Under the pieces are notes generated by a model, which saw only the letters and a program-made list of their open reading frames with translations, was not told the DNA's origin and did no database searches. This document shows positions 17,858 through 26,526 of a stretch of DNA of 48,684 nucleotides, piece by piece (position 1 is the stretch's first letter; every line of letters starts with the position of its first letter). The translations under genes were made by a program, and so were the position numbers. The stretch is from a virus (Duplodnaviria; Heunggongvirae; Uroviricota; Caudoviricetes): IMG/VR virus record IMGVR_UViG_2923302340_000001; one strand, given 5' to 3'.

Positions 17858-18234
17858 CTTTCGTGCTGATCGGATTCGCGGTCCTTTCAGCATTACGTTG
17901 TTGTATAAATACAACCACGCAAGCACAAACAGCGATCATATTCTTACCCAACTGAATAAAATTGTCCAAATAAATTTGGTTTATTAGAGCACAAAAGCGA
18001 GTGATTTTTGTGGTGTGTATTTAAGTTGATGAAAAACAATATGTTTTTATCCCTTCATTATGAAGGGGCTGCGGTGTAACATTACGCGGGGCCTTTTCGC
18101 CGATTCGCAACCGGGCACCGACTTTCAGGAAAGGATTATCCACTTGCCGTACCACGCAGGCACAAACAGCGTGCTTGCTCTCGCGTCATTTTCGTCGGTG
18201 GGGATGCCGTGAAACGGCCTGTAAGGGCCACACA

Positions 18235-18357
18235 ATGAAAAAATACTACATGTGTATTTTTATCGTTGTTACTGGAGCTTTGTTTACGCCACATGGGGAG
18301 GGTTGGAAGATTACTGATAACGCTCTGAATGTGACGATAAACATTAGCAGCAAGTAG
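18235..18357 (+). CDS. small hydrophobic peptide (40 aa)
   Basis: MKKYYMCIFIVVTGALF...; followed by a strong terminator. Confidence 0.2.
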   Translation: MKKYYMCIFIVVTGALFTPHGEGWKITDNALNVTINISSK

Positions 18358-18362
18358 CGATT

Positions 18363-18386
18363 AGGCCCCTTCGGGGGCTTTTTTTA
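18363..18386 (+). terminator. intrinsic terminator
   Basis: AGGCCCC-TTCG-GGGGC followed by T7. Confidence 0.6.
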
Positions 18387-18395
18387 TGGCTGAAT

Positions 18396-18578
18396 TTAAA
18401 CGCTGGAGCGCATTAAGCCTTTCAGAACTGCTTCACGTACCCATTCTGGCCTGGTGGATAGCAGGGCAAATAAGCGGCCAGCTTGCAGCCGTTTGAGGTC
18501 GATTAGACGAGTTTTCAGTAACCGTGTATATTGTTGCTCGGACATAACAAATTCCCCTTGTTGTGTCGCGACGGCCAA
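18396..18578 (-). CDS. hypothetical small protein downstream of parG-like gene
   Basis: 60-aa ORF in the same orientation as the partition operon. Confidence 0.2.
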   Translation of the reverse strand: MAVATQQGEFVMSEQQYTRLLKTRLIDLKRLQAGRLFALLSTRPEWVREAVLKGLMRSSV

Positions 18579-18607
18579 CAGTTGGCGCTGGAGGCCGTCA
18601 CCTTCTC

Positions 18608-18856
18608 TTACTTCTGGTTGTATTGAGCCTTGAGTAACTCAAAAGATTTTGTCAGCACTTCTTTCAATGACATATCCATTGAGCTGGCGAACGTTTTGTA
18701 CTCGCGTTTAAATTCAGGGTCGACGTTAAACGCCATCTGTGCCCCACCTGATTTGGTTCTGGTCGGCGTTTCAGTCGGGTCGAAAACCTGCGGTTGTTCG
18801 ATTGATGGCGGTACGCCTTTGCTGTTCTTTTTCGGTGGTTTTGATGGTGCGGCCAT
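18608..18856 (-). CDS. ParG-like ribbon-helix-helix partition/centromere-binding protein
   Basis: 82 aa; basic Pro-rich N-terminus; C-terminal ...FNVDPEFKREYKTFASSMDMSLKEVLTKSFELL... RHH-like; directly downstream of ParA. Confidence 0.45.
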   Translation of the reverse strand: MAAPSKPPKKNSKGVPPSIEQPQVFDPTETPTRTKSGGAQMAFNVDPEFKREYKTFASSMDMSLKEVLTKSFELLKAQYNQK

Positions 18857-18899
18857 GTGTATCCCCTTTTATATAAATCTATAAAACTATAATTATATA

Positions 18900-19568
18900 T
18901 TACGCGGCAGTAGTCAGAGCCTCAAGCTGATTGATAATCCCCTGGATAACATCGTCTGCCTTTTTGCGTGGCGCAACGTATGAACACTCAATGAGGCTTA
19001 AGCCCTTATCCTGAGCTTTGCTCAGAGCTGGCTTGTGGGGAATGTACTTATCGACAACAAAGTATGGCGTATTAGCCAGGTACTCTTGGGCTTCGATGTA
19101 GTCAGCTTCGTTTTCAGCCGCGCCGGAAAACACCATGCAAATTTTCTTGATTGGTACACCCTTTTTAACGATGCCGTGAGCAGTGTTAACGGTGGTTTCC
19201 AGGTCATCGGTAGAGAATCGGGTTGGCAAAATAACCATATCCAGAAATTCAGATAGCTTCGGTACTGATTCAGATGCGTAGGCACCGCCATCAACGATAA
19301 CCAGGTCGTATACTTCTGATTCGATGATTTTCTGGACTTGTGATGGCGTGCCGCACGGCTGCGCCGCGATTGCAGGTTCGATATTGTTGGCCATTCTGCG
19401 TTGTACCCAACGCGTTACCGTTCCGTTAAGCACATCCATATCGATCAGGCATACATTCCAGCCAGCCTTTGCATAAGCAACTGCTAAAGCACGAGCAATG
19501 GTTGATTTGGTTACGCCGCCTTTTCCGTTGAAAATACCTACAGATATAGTCATTTGTCGAGACTCCAT
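18900..19568 (-). CDS. parA: ParA/ParF-type partition ATPase
   Basis: Deviant Walker A GIFNGKGGVTKST; 222 aa (alternative start 19553). Confidence 0.8.
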   Translation of the reverse strand: MESRQMTISVGIFNGKGGVTKSTIARALAVAYAKAGWNVCLIDMDVLNGTVTRWVQRRMANNIEPAIAAQPCGTPSQVQKIIESEVYDLVIVDGGAYASESVPKLSEFLDMVILPTRFSTDDLETTVNTAHGIVKKGVPIKKICMVFSGAAENEADYIEAQEYLANTPYFVVDKYIPHKPALSKAQDKGLSLIECSYVAPRKKADDVIQGIINQLEALTTAA

Positions 19569-19574
19569 GTGTTT

Positions 19575-19674
19575 GATTATATAATTCTATAAATCTATAT
19601 TTATAGAATGAGGTAAGCATAACCAACTTTTGAGCGGATGAAAAGCACTTTATATAATTATATAAATCTATAAT
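19575..19674. promoter_or_regulatory. partition-operon promoter with two AT-rich palindromic boxes (candidate centromere/operator)
   Basis: GATTATATAATTCTATAAATCTATATTTATAGAAT (19575..19609) and AAAAGCACTTTATATAATTATATAAATCTATAAT (19641..19674) upstream of parA. Confidence 0.4.
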
Positions 19675-19702
19675 ATGTAAGCGGGCTGGCGCCCGCTTGC
19701 AG

Positions 19703-20077
19703 TCAGAGGTCAGCTATTGTTGATATCAGTTGATTTGCTAGCTGTCGCTGTTTACGTGAGAGGGTTAGAGCAGCTTCTGAGCGGTCGCTAAGAGGGGTGT
19801 TTTCATCGAGAATCATGAGGCATACAGAAATAATAGCCCTGTTATATGCCATCAATGGCTGGCACAGCTTCGATATCGCTGGCACATCGTATTGTAAGGC
19901 CGTTTTGAGGCAGACTTTTTGTTCTGATGCCAGATGAAGGATAGATTCTATCCAGTCGATATCTTTCTCATTATCAATGAGTTGGCATAACATACACTCA
20001 ATCGCTATGTTCAACGCTTGGATTTCGATTCCAGCAGTGATCAGAGTTTCGTTTTTATTGGCTGTATGTAATTCCAT
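19703..20077 (-). CDS. hypothetical protein
   Basis: 124-aa ORF with hairpin GCGGGC-TGGC-GCCCGC just downstream. Confidence 0.3.
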   Translation of the reverse strand: MELHTANKNETLITAGIEIQALNIAIECMLCQLIDNEKDIDWIESILHLASEQKVCLKTALQYDVPAISKLCQPLMAYNRAIISVCLMILDENTPLSDRSEAALTLSRKQRQLANQLISTIADL

Positions 20078-20112
20078 GCGTAGCCTCTTTTATACTTTTT
20101 CATGTTGTCAAA

Positions 20113-20127
20113 ACCACAAAGCGTGGT
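20113..20127. promoter_or_regulatory. ACCACAAAGCGTGGT palindrome downstream of cI (operator-like; could also be a terminator hairpin)
   Basis: Same ACCAC-N5-GTGGT pattern as in the cI/cro intergenic region; followed by T-run on plus strand. Confidence 0.35.
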
Positions 20128-20169
20128 TTTTTTGAGCGTAGAAATGCACGGCTTTCGCCGTGCTGTGTA

Positions 20170-20832
20170 TCATAACCAGTTGACAACACTAACTACGCGG
20201 CCAAGAACTTTATAACGCTTAAATTCCTCGTTATTCAGATGCTTAGTGTTCATTTCAGCATCCCTTTCGGTTGACAGCATAACAGCATTGTCACCCGGTA
20301 TGACTCTACAGTGCCTCAAAACAACCAGGCCATTTCTGTCTTCAAGGGCATAGATCCCCTCATGAATCTCTGTATCGTCTGTATTAATCAGGACTTGGGA
20401 GCCAGGGGATATTGTTGGTGACATTAGCTTTAGCTCATCGTTGCTCTGGAGAACAGACAGAGACGATGGGTTGATGTTCTTGCTTCGTAGAATCTCCTGT
20501 TCTATCGCCAGCACTGGCTTTTCTCCGGCGTGCGATGCTATGTCATTTTTTATAGCTACAAGCCCAGGAATAACAGGAGCGTTAGTATTCTGGGGTGGGA
20601 ACGGGTTATCTGTTAAGCACGCGATATAAGGCGCTGATGCTTTCAGGGCGTGCGCGATTTTCTTGATGGCAGGTATAGATGGTTGTCTTAATCCGGCCTC
20701 ATAGTTCTGCAAGGTGCTTAAGCCTATTCCAGTGACTTGCTGGAGATCTCCGGCAGTCATGCCGGATTGTTTCCGTAGAGTCTGAATGCGCAGACCTATT
20801 TCTTTCTTGATGTTCTCGTCGTTGCTTTTCAT
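20170..20832 (-). CDS. CI-like repressor (N-terminal HTH, C-terminal S24/LexA-like peptidase domain)
   Basis: 220 aa; HTH ...MTAGDLQQVTGIGLSTLQNYE...; C-terminal autocleavage-type domain; divergent from cro-like gene. Confidence 0.75.
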   Translation of the reverse strand: MKSNDENIKKEIGLRIQTLRKQSGMTAGDLQQVTGIGLSTLQNYEAGLRQPSIPAIKKIAHALKASAPYIACLTDNPFPPQNTNAPVIPGLVAIKNDIASHAGEKPVLAIEQEILRSKNINPSSLSVLQSNDELKLMSPTISPGSQVLINTDDTEIHEGIYALEDRNGLVVLRHCRVIPGDNAVMLSTERDAEMNTKHLNNEEFKRYKVLGRVVSVVNWL

Positions 20833-20869
20833 TTCTCATCAATCGTGAATGGGGGGTTATTTATACATT

Positions 20870-20986
20870 ACCACATTTAGTGGTTTTCACACGGCAAGAC
20901 GAGAGCTAGACCACAAATAGAAGGTTATTTTTTGTTTTCCCATTGAAAAACTCACGATTTGTGGTTTTAATACCACATATCGTGGT
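20870..20986. promoter_or_regulatory. cI/cro divergent control region with ACCAC-N5-GTGGT operators
   Basis: Perfect sites 20870..20884 (ACCACATTTAGTGGT) and 20972..20986 (ACCACATATCGTGGT); degenerate sites 20910..20924 and 20951..20965. Confidence 0.45.
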
Positions 20987-21004
20987 TTAACTGGAGTTAG
21001 TTAA

Positions 21005-21499
21005 ATGACCTTTCAGGAGTGGGTTGATGAAAATGGAGGCCAAATTGGTGTTGCCAGAAAGTTTGGCTTTACGTCATCACTGATTGGTGCCTGGTATCGC
21101 TTCGAGAGATTCCCTCGTGCGGATAACCTGACGCTGCTGGTGGCGTATTCGGAAGGCCGGATTAATGTCCAGCAATGGGCGGCAGATTTTGCCGAACGTC
21201 AGCGCCAGCGTAGCGATGGCACATCGGTTCGGCAGAACAAGATCAAAGGGAATCTCCCTGTTAACTGCTTATCAAGGCTGAAAGCGGTTTTCTCTGAGCT
21301 GGGGATACCTGCGGAGCGTTGCAATCTACGCGGTCCGCGATTCATTGCTCGCTGGAAACACTCACACGTAACCGTTTCAGAGGTTCGTGATGCGATTGCC
21401 GTGCTGGAGTTTAAGAATAAAGATTCCAGCGATATCGAGCTGATTCATAAGGAGATTAGCAACGCCCGGCGTTCAGCACTTGGGAGGCTTGAGGAATGA
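21005..21499 (+). CDS. Cro/YdaS-like HTH regulator with C-terminal extension
   Basis: N-terminus ...GGQIGVARKFGFTSSLIGAWYRF...; first rightward gene of the switch. Confidence 0.4.
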   Translation: MTFQEWVDENGGQIGVARKFGFTSSLIGAWYRFERFPRADNLTLLVAYSEGRINVQQWAADFAERQRQRSDGTSVRQNKIKGNLPVNCLSRLKAVFSELGIPAERCNLRGPRFIARWKHSHVTVSEVRDAIAVLEFKNKDSSDIELIHKEISNARRSALGRLEE

Positions 21500-22011
21500 T
21501 GATTCTGGCCTTCTTTGGTGATAATCACCAGATTCAATCGCAGGTGGTGCACTACCTTGATCAAACGATTAAAGGATTTGTTATCGATCATATTGATAAC
21601 GATAGTAAACGTCTATCTGTAGAGCAGAAAATTGGACGTGTGCAGCGACTGGTTGCCAGCCGTAACAGACGTGACACCGTAACAGTCGTCACGGGGATAA
21701 CGGAGGTCATGGAGTACCAGATGTTGCTGCATCGTGGAGCTGTTTTCTGCGTTCTTCCTGGCATTCTGCCAGCAATTCTTGCTCGTGGTTTTGTCCCTAT
21801 TGATGAGTCGTTTTTATATGTAACTCCAAGCCGTTCCCTTCTGGATTCGGAGGCGAAGCGTCGCATTTATATGCTGCCGGACGAGGCATTTTCTGAATGT
21901 TACCGCCGTGAAATGAGGTTGGGTAAACGAGATGTGTCTGTTTCTCGTGATGGCAGGTTTTTAAGCAGCCGCACGGTGAAAAGCACCAGGAATGACGGGG
22001 GCCATCAATGA
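21496..22011 (+). CDS. hypothetical protein
   Basis: 171 aa; start overlaps upstream stop (ATGA). Confidence 0.3.
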   Translation: MMILAFFGDNHQIQSQVVHYLDQTIKGFVIDHIDNDSKRLSVEQKIGRVQRLVASRNRRDTVTVVTGITEVMEYQMLLHRGAVFCVLPGILPAILARGFVPIDESFLYVTPSRSLLDSEAKRRIYMLPDEAFSECYRREMRLGKRDVSVSRDGRFLSSRTVKSTRNDGGHQ

Positions 22012-22241
22012 GTGGTTATGTTCGCGGTGCTGCGATGCATTGCCAGAATCCCCAATTCTGGCGCTTTCTGACCAGTAAAACAGGGAAGAACATTTCAAAC
22101 AGTTCTGAGGCCTCTGTGATTCTGCGTGAGTTTTGCGGGATCTCATCCCGTAAAGAGCTGGCAAAGAACTACGCGGCCAGAAGCATGTATGTCCAGTTAA
22201 TTAACGAGTTCAACCTCTTTATCAATGGTAAGGGGCGCTGA
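22008..22241 (+). CDS. hypothetical protein
   Basis: 77 aa; overlapping stop/start with neighbours. Confidence 0.2.
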   Translation: MSGYVRGAAMHCQNPQFWRFLTSKTGKNISNSSEASVILREFCGISSRKELAKNYAARSMYVQLINEFNLFINGKGR

Positions 22242-22645
22242 TGAACGGACGTACACCAACGAAGAAAGAGAAACTTTATATACAAGCGGTGCTCACTCAC
22301 GTGGGTTGCATAGCTTGCATTATTGATGGCCGTGAAATTGATAATCCAGAGCTGTGGACGGAGCTGCATCACGATCCTGATTACGGCAGCGTTGATGAGA
22401 ATTGCCACTTCCATAGCTTTGGGTTGTGCGCACCACATCATCGCGGTGTTGTGCCTGGTGGTGGGCGTGTGCCTCCGTATATTGCCGTTCGTCACCCTCC
22501 CCTGAGTAATTGTGCTCGCTTTGTTGAGCGTTATGGCACCGATGAATTTTTGTGTGCGCAGACGTGGGAGCTGTTGCCGCAGTCAGTTAAAGACGAAATT
22601 GGGTTTGATCTTAGTCTTGGTGAAGTACCAGGGGATACCAAATGA
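22241..22645 (+). CDS. Cys/His-rich protein, possibly Ref-like/HNH-like nuclease
   Basis: ...HVGCIACIIDGR...ELHHDPDYGS...CHFHSFGLCAPHH... Confidence 0.3.
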   Translation: MNGRTPTKKEKLYIQAVLTHVGCIACIIDGREIDNPELWTELHHDPDYGSVDENCHFHSFGLCAPHHRGVVPGGGRVPPYIAVRHPPLSNCARFVERYGTDEFLCAQTWELLPQSVKDEIGFDLSLGEVPGDTK

Positions 22646-22974
22646 GATATACCGGCTTTCGCAAACCAGCGACCAGAAAAAGCAAATACGGCAATAAAAA
22701 AACGGTTGTCGATGATATCGCTTTTGATAGCAAAAAAGAGGCTGATTACTACTGCGAACTGAAGCTACTGAGAAAAGCTGGCCGCGTTGTGACGTTTCTT
22801 ATGCAGGTGCCTTTTCATCTGCCAGGTGGTGTCGTTTATAAACTTGATTTCATGGTGTTTTATGACGATGGGACGATTGATTGTGTCGACACTAAAGGTG
22901 TGCGAACAGACGTCTACATCATGAAGAAAAAGCAGGTAGAGGCGCTTTATCCCGTCACGATACGGGAGATCTGA
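22642..22974 (+). CDS. DUF1064-like phage protein
   Basis: ...KYGNKKTVVDDIAFDSKKEADYYCEL... (recollection). Confidence 0.35.
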   Translation: MRYTGFRKPATRKSKYGNKKTVVDDIAFDSKKEADYYCELKLLRKAGRVVTFLMQVPFHLPGGVVYKLDFMVFYDDGTIDCVDTKGVRTDVYIMKKKQVEALYPVTIREI

Positions 22975-22977
22975 ACA

Positions 22978-23355
22978 GTGAGACGCGATCTGGATAGCTT
23001 GTTTGAGCTATGGGCGCTGTGGGTGCGCAATGGCTGCAACGCCCGTAGCGGTTTCGCGTCGATGTTAGAAATGATGATGGTTACGCGTTGCCAGTTTACC
23101 GGAGGGGGCGGCGCACCAAATGACTCACTGGAAACCAGTATCGAGGGAGCGGTGACGGCCCTCACGGTAGTTGATGAGACTGCGGCGCTGGTTGTCCGAA
23201 TTGAATACGGGGCGTGGGAGATTCGGGGCCTCGACATAAATGCACCGCATATTGATAAAGCCCACGCCCTTTCTCTTAGTCTCAGACAGTATCGCCGGAA
23301 GCTGGCAAAAGCCAGGGCGTATGTTGTCGACTACTTGAAAAAGAGAAGAGAATGA
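22978..23355 (+). CDS. putative late-gene antiterminator (Q-like), tentative
   Basis: ...LFELWALWVRNG... weakly reminiscent of Q-type antiterminators; last gene of nin-like block. Confidence 0.3.
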   Translation: MRRDLDSLFELWALWVRNGCNARSGFASMLEMMMVTRCQFTGGGGAPNDSLETSIEGAVTALTVVDETAALVVRIEYGAWEIRGLDINAPHIDKAHALSLSLRQYRRKLAKARAYVVDYLKKRRE

Positions 23356-23414
23356 AAGTGTCATTTTGAGCTGTTTTGGTGATTTGTAGACACCGGGAAT
23401 ATCGGAAAATCTAT

Positions 23415-23525
23415 AAATATATAATTATATATTTATATAAAAAGTGCTTTACAGGTGGGAAAAAATTTCCTAAGGTTATACCCAAAACCGAGCGATACCC
23501 GCCCTGGTTAAACCGGAGAAATCTG
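23415..23525 (+). promoter_or_regulatory. repeated promoter/leader cassette, copy 2
   Basis: TATATAATTATATA (23418..23431), TTTATATAAA, TTTACAGGTGGG..., conserved leader, ATG at 23526. Confidence 0.45.
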
Positions 23526-24593
23526 ATGAATAAACAAGTAATTATTTCTGACTGGATCAACAACCCTAACAGCCTGTTGAGCACTGATACTGGCTATAGA
23601 TTACGTCATGTTAATGGCCGTATGGTCAAAAGCGATGAGCACGAAACCTTTTTCGTTGTTGAAGACGATGGACGTCTTTATGAGGATGGTCACTCTTATG
23701 AATCCCAAACAGGTTGTATCCCTGCAGAGTTGGTAGACGTAACAGAAAAGCTGCGCAAAGCATGGCTTGAACAGCAGCAGCGCGGAGATGATTACGTAAA
23801 TACCTATCAGGAGCGCCAGAACGCGCGTCTTGCCCGATATATTGCTCGTGCAGAAAAAGCCAGAAAAGAAGGTGCGGTGGCGCATAAGCGAGCGCATGAA
23901 CTGTTGGATGTGATCCCGTTAGGCCAGCCGATTTTAGTTGACCATTATAGCGCGAAAGGCCATCGCCGCCGTTTGTCTAAAGCTGATGCGTTATTCAGAA
24001 AATCGTTTGTTGAGTGTGAAAGCAGAGCATCGTACTACGAAAGCAAAGCCGCAGGTGTCGGCCGTAATGGAGTTTCGTCTGATGATCCTGATGCGCTATT
24101 TAAGTTGCTTCGTAAGCTGCAAGGCTGCATGAAGTCACACATCAAAATGAAGGCCGCAAATAAGGCTATTCGCAAATACAAAAAAGACCAATTACAGCAG
24201 CTTTCCGCATTAATTGACCTTGAGTTTACTGAAAGCGAAGCCAAAGGGTTACTCGCCGGAGATTTCTGTGGGCACATTGGCTTCCCTTCATACTCACTGA
24301 GTAACAATAATGCCGAAATCAAACGACTACAGAGCCGTATTAAGGAGCTTGAATCGGTCAAGTCTGTAACAGGAGCACAGCGCGAAGAATACGACGGCTT
24401 TTCTATGGAGATAGATCCAGAGGATAACCGTATCCTGTTTTATTTCCCTGGCAAACCAGAGGCAAACATTCGTTCGCTGCTTAAATCACGCGCCTTTAAG
24501 TGGAGTCCAACCCGTAATGCATGGGTTCGCAAGATTACTCCAAACGCCCTGGCTGATGCCCGATATCTGAAAGAATCGCTATTGAAAGCCTGA
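23526..24593 (+). CDS. DUF3560-like protein (tentative)
   Basis: ATG 23526 directly after conserved leader (track start 23376 would translate the promoter cassette); 355 aa. Confidence 0.4.
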   Translation: MNKQVIISDWINNPNSLLSTDTGYRLRHVNGRMVKSDEHETFFVVEDDGRLYEDGHSYESQTGCIPAELVDVTEKLRKAWLEQQQRGDDYVNTYQERQNARLARYIARAEKARKEGAVAHKRAHELLDVIPLGQPILVDHYSAKGHRRRLSKADALFRKSFVECESRASYYESKAAGVGRNGVSSDDPDALFKLLRKLQGCMKSHIKMKAANKAIRKYKKDQLQQLSALIDLEFTESEAKGLLAGDFCGHIGFPSYSLSNNNAEIKRLQSRIKELESVKSVTGAQREEYDGFSMEIDPEDNRILFYFPGKPEANIRSLLKSRAFKWSPTRNAWVRKITPNALADARYLKESLLKA

Positions 24594-24624
24594 CAGTAAG
24601 TCTACGGCGGGATGTCTCCCGCTG

Positions 24625-24650
24625 TATATAGAATTATATATTTATATAAA
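24625..24650. promoter_or_regulatory. AT-rich palindromic box upstream of 24671 gene
   Basis: TATATAGAATTATATA + TTTATATAAA. Confidence 0.35.
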
Positions 24651-24670
24651 TGTATAAGGACGCCTCGACA

Positions 24671-24952
24671 ATGAAACGCAAAATTATTAACCCCCAAGAT
24701 GTGATTAATTTCCTGACCGATCACCCATGTTCAAAAGTGGACGTAATCGCGGAACACATTGGTGTGTCGCAGAACTCTATGCGTTGCAGACTGAGAAGCA
24801 TGGTTGCCGAAGGACAGATAACAACCAGGAAAATAAATGGTTGCCTGTACTACTCCGCTAAACCGGAATTGCCATTTGGCATGAATCCTAACTCCATGTT
24901 GTTTAACACCTTATTAGCCAAAGTTAAGCCGTTGAGAGGGGCTGTGGCATGA
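24671..24952 (+). CDS. small DNA-binding-like protein (winged helix?)
   Basis: AAGGA 11 nt upstream of ATG 24671; ...VDVIAEHIGVSQNSMRCRLRSMVAEGQI... Confidence 0.3.
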   Translation: MKRKIINPQDVINFLTDHPCSKVDVIAEHIGVSQNSMRCRLRSMVAEGQITTRKINGCLYYSAKPELPFGMNPNSMLFNTLLAKVKPLRGAVA

Positions 24953-25314
24953 GCATCAAAACCCATACCGGAATAATCATTACCAATGATGGTGAGAAAA
25001 GAGTGAAGTTGCGCGAAACGCCGACAACCTGGTGTGTTGGTCCGAAAGAAACATATCGCAAGGAAGATGGCCGTCGTTGTGGGGCACCACTTTCCCGCCG
25101 TCGCCTCCTTTTGAGCACGATAAAACCTATCGGGCAGGTTGAGCAACCAACGACTCCGGTAACGAAGATTTCAGACAAGAGTCTGGCAAACCTGATCGCC
25201 GATGCGGACAAGGTGCTGGAGCGGAACACCCCCGTTGCAGATGAGGAATGGTGGCAGGATTTCCGAGCCGCAATGCTAGAGCTTCAGGAACGTCGTCGGG
25301 AGGAGTTGAAGTGA
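24949..25314 (+). CDS. hypothetical protein
   Basis: 121 aa; ATGA overlap with upstream gene. Confidence 0.3.
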   Translation: MSIKTHTGIIITNDGEKRVKLRETPTTWCVGPKETYRKEDGRRCGAPLSRRRLLLSTIKPIGQVEQPTTPVTKISDKSLANLIADADKVLERNTPVADEEWWQDFRAAMLELQERRREELK

Positions 25315-25502
25315 GCAAGAAAAATGCCGGATGGGTCAGGCCAATGAAGGCGAATAAACATCATTATTTTAATGAAGGTGAAGTAACCAGCATTTGCGGC
25401 CGTTGGATGTATTTTGGTGATTACCGTGAGCCAGACACTTTTGAGAGTCCTGATGATTGCGTGTCTTGTCGCCGGAAATTGAACAAGGTGGCTTCTAAAT
25501 GA
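25311..25502 (+). CDS. small Cys-containing protein (possible zinc ribbon)
   Basis: GTG start overlapping upstream stop (GTGA); C-x-x-x-W ... C-x-x-C spacing. Confidence 0.3.
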   Translation: MSKKNAGWVRPMKANKHHYFNEGEVTSICGRWMYFGDYREPDTFESPDDCVSCRRKLNKVASK

Positions 25503-26182
25503 AAGAACGTGGTGTTGTTTTTAATGACGATATGGTTAGGGCCATCCTCGAAGGAAGGAAGACGCAGACTCGCCGACCTGTAAAAAATGTCAGGGCCGAT
25601 AACTGCCTGGTTATCCGTAAACCGACAAAGAAACGCAATGGTGTCTATACCCACGTTATGGATGCACCTGAATATGGTTTATGCCCGTTCGGTAACGTTG
25701 GTGATCGCATATGGGTCCGTGAAGCGTGGGCGATATTAGGCAATGAGGATGGTTGCAGTGTGGACTGGAACGACAACCTTTGTCGTGGCGATGAGAAGAA
25801 CGCAGCAAGGATTTATCGGGCCAGTTGTGAGCAAAAACCGGGGGATTATGGCTTATGGTCGATACCCGATGATGCCGACTGGAAGCCTCACACTGTGAAT
25901 GAAAAGTTTGATGGTGGGTGGCGTCCATCAATTCACATGCCGCGCTGGGCTTCGCGTATTTTGCTGGAAATTACCGACGTGCGTGTGGAACGGCTGCATG
26001 ACATGAGCGAGGCAGATGCTAAAGCGGAAGGCGCATCTCCGGCGACGTACAAGATTACACCGCCGGAAGCGGTTTATCGCGTTGGCTTTGGTGATATCTG
26101 GCGCGGTATTTACGGGCAAGAGAACTGGCTATCTAACCCGTGGGTATGGGTAATTGAGTTTAAGCGTATTCAGGAAGCATAA
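25499..26182 (+). CDS. phage protein with ASCH/PUA-like N-terminus (tentative)
   Basis: ...MVRAILEGRKTQTRRP... Confidence 0.3.
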   Translation: MKERGVVFNDDMVRAILEGRKTQTRRPVKNVRADNCLVIRKPTKKRNGVYTHVMDAPEYGLCPFGNVGDRIWVREAWAILGNEDGCSVDWNDNLCRGDEKNAARIYRASCEQKPGDYGLWSIPDDADWKPHTVNEKFDGGWRPSIHMPRWASRILLEITDVRVERLHDMSEADAKAEGASPATYKITPPEAVYRVGFGDIWRGIYGQENWLSNPWVWVIEFKRIQEA

Positions 26183-26184
26183 CT

Positions 26185-26526
26185 ATGAACAAATCACTTA
26201 ATGCACGTTGTATTCGCCGTTGGGAAATCAAATTTAAGCCTATTTGTGATTCGAAAGTTAGTCCTCACATGCGTAAGAGTTTTTTGCGTGGGATGCGTGA
26301 ATTGGGGCTTATTACGGCTGAAAACATGGTTGAAAGCATGGCTGAGAAAAATGCCAAGTTTGACTACGACGGCAAGGACACAGGCTGGTCGCCGGAGTTT
26401 TCTAACTGGTATGAAGCGCATAGAGAAAAGTATCGTAAAGAGGCTCGTGACCATCTGGATGAAGAAGCCACAAACGATGAGATCGATAAAGAAATTGAAA
26501 CAGAGCTGGAGTCTTGGAATGACTAA
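26185..26526 (+). CDS. hypothetical protein
   Basis: 113 aa; acidic C-terminus. Confidence 0.3.
   Translation: MNKSLNARCIRRWEIKFKPICDSKVSPHMRKSFLRGMRELGLITAENMVESMAEKNAKFDYDGKDTGWSPEFSNWYEAHREKYRKEARDHLDEEATNDEIDKEIETELESWND

Noticed and set aside
23376-23525. N-terminal 50 codons of track ORF 23376..24593
   Set aside because: This segment is the conserved promoter/leader cassette that also precedes two unrelated genes; start moved to ATG 23526.
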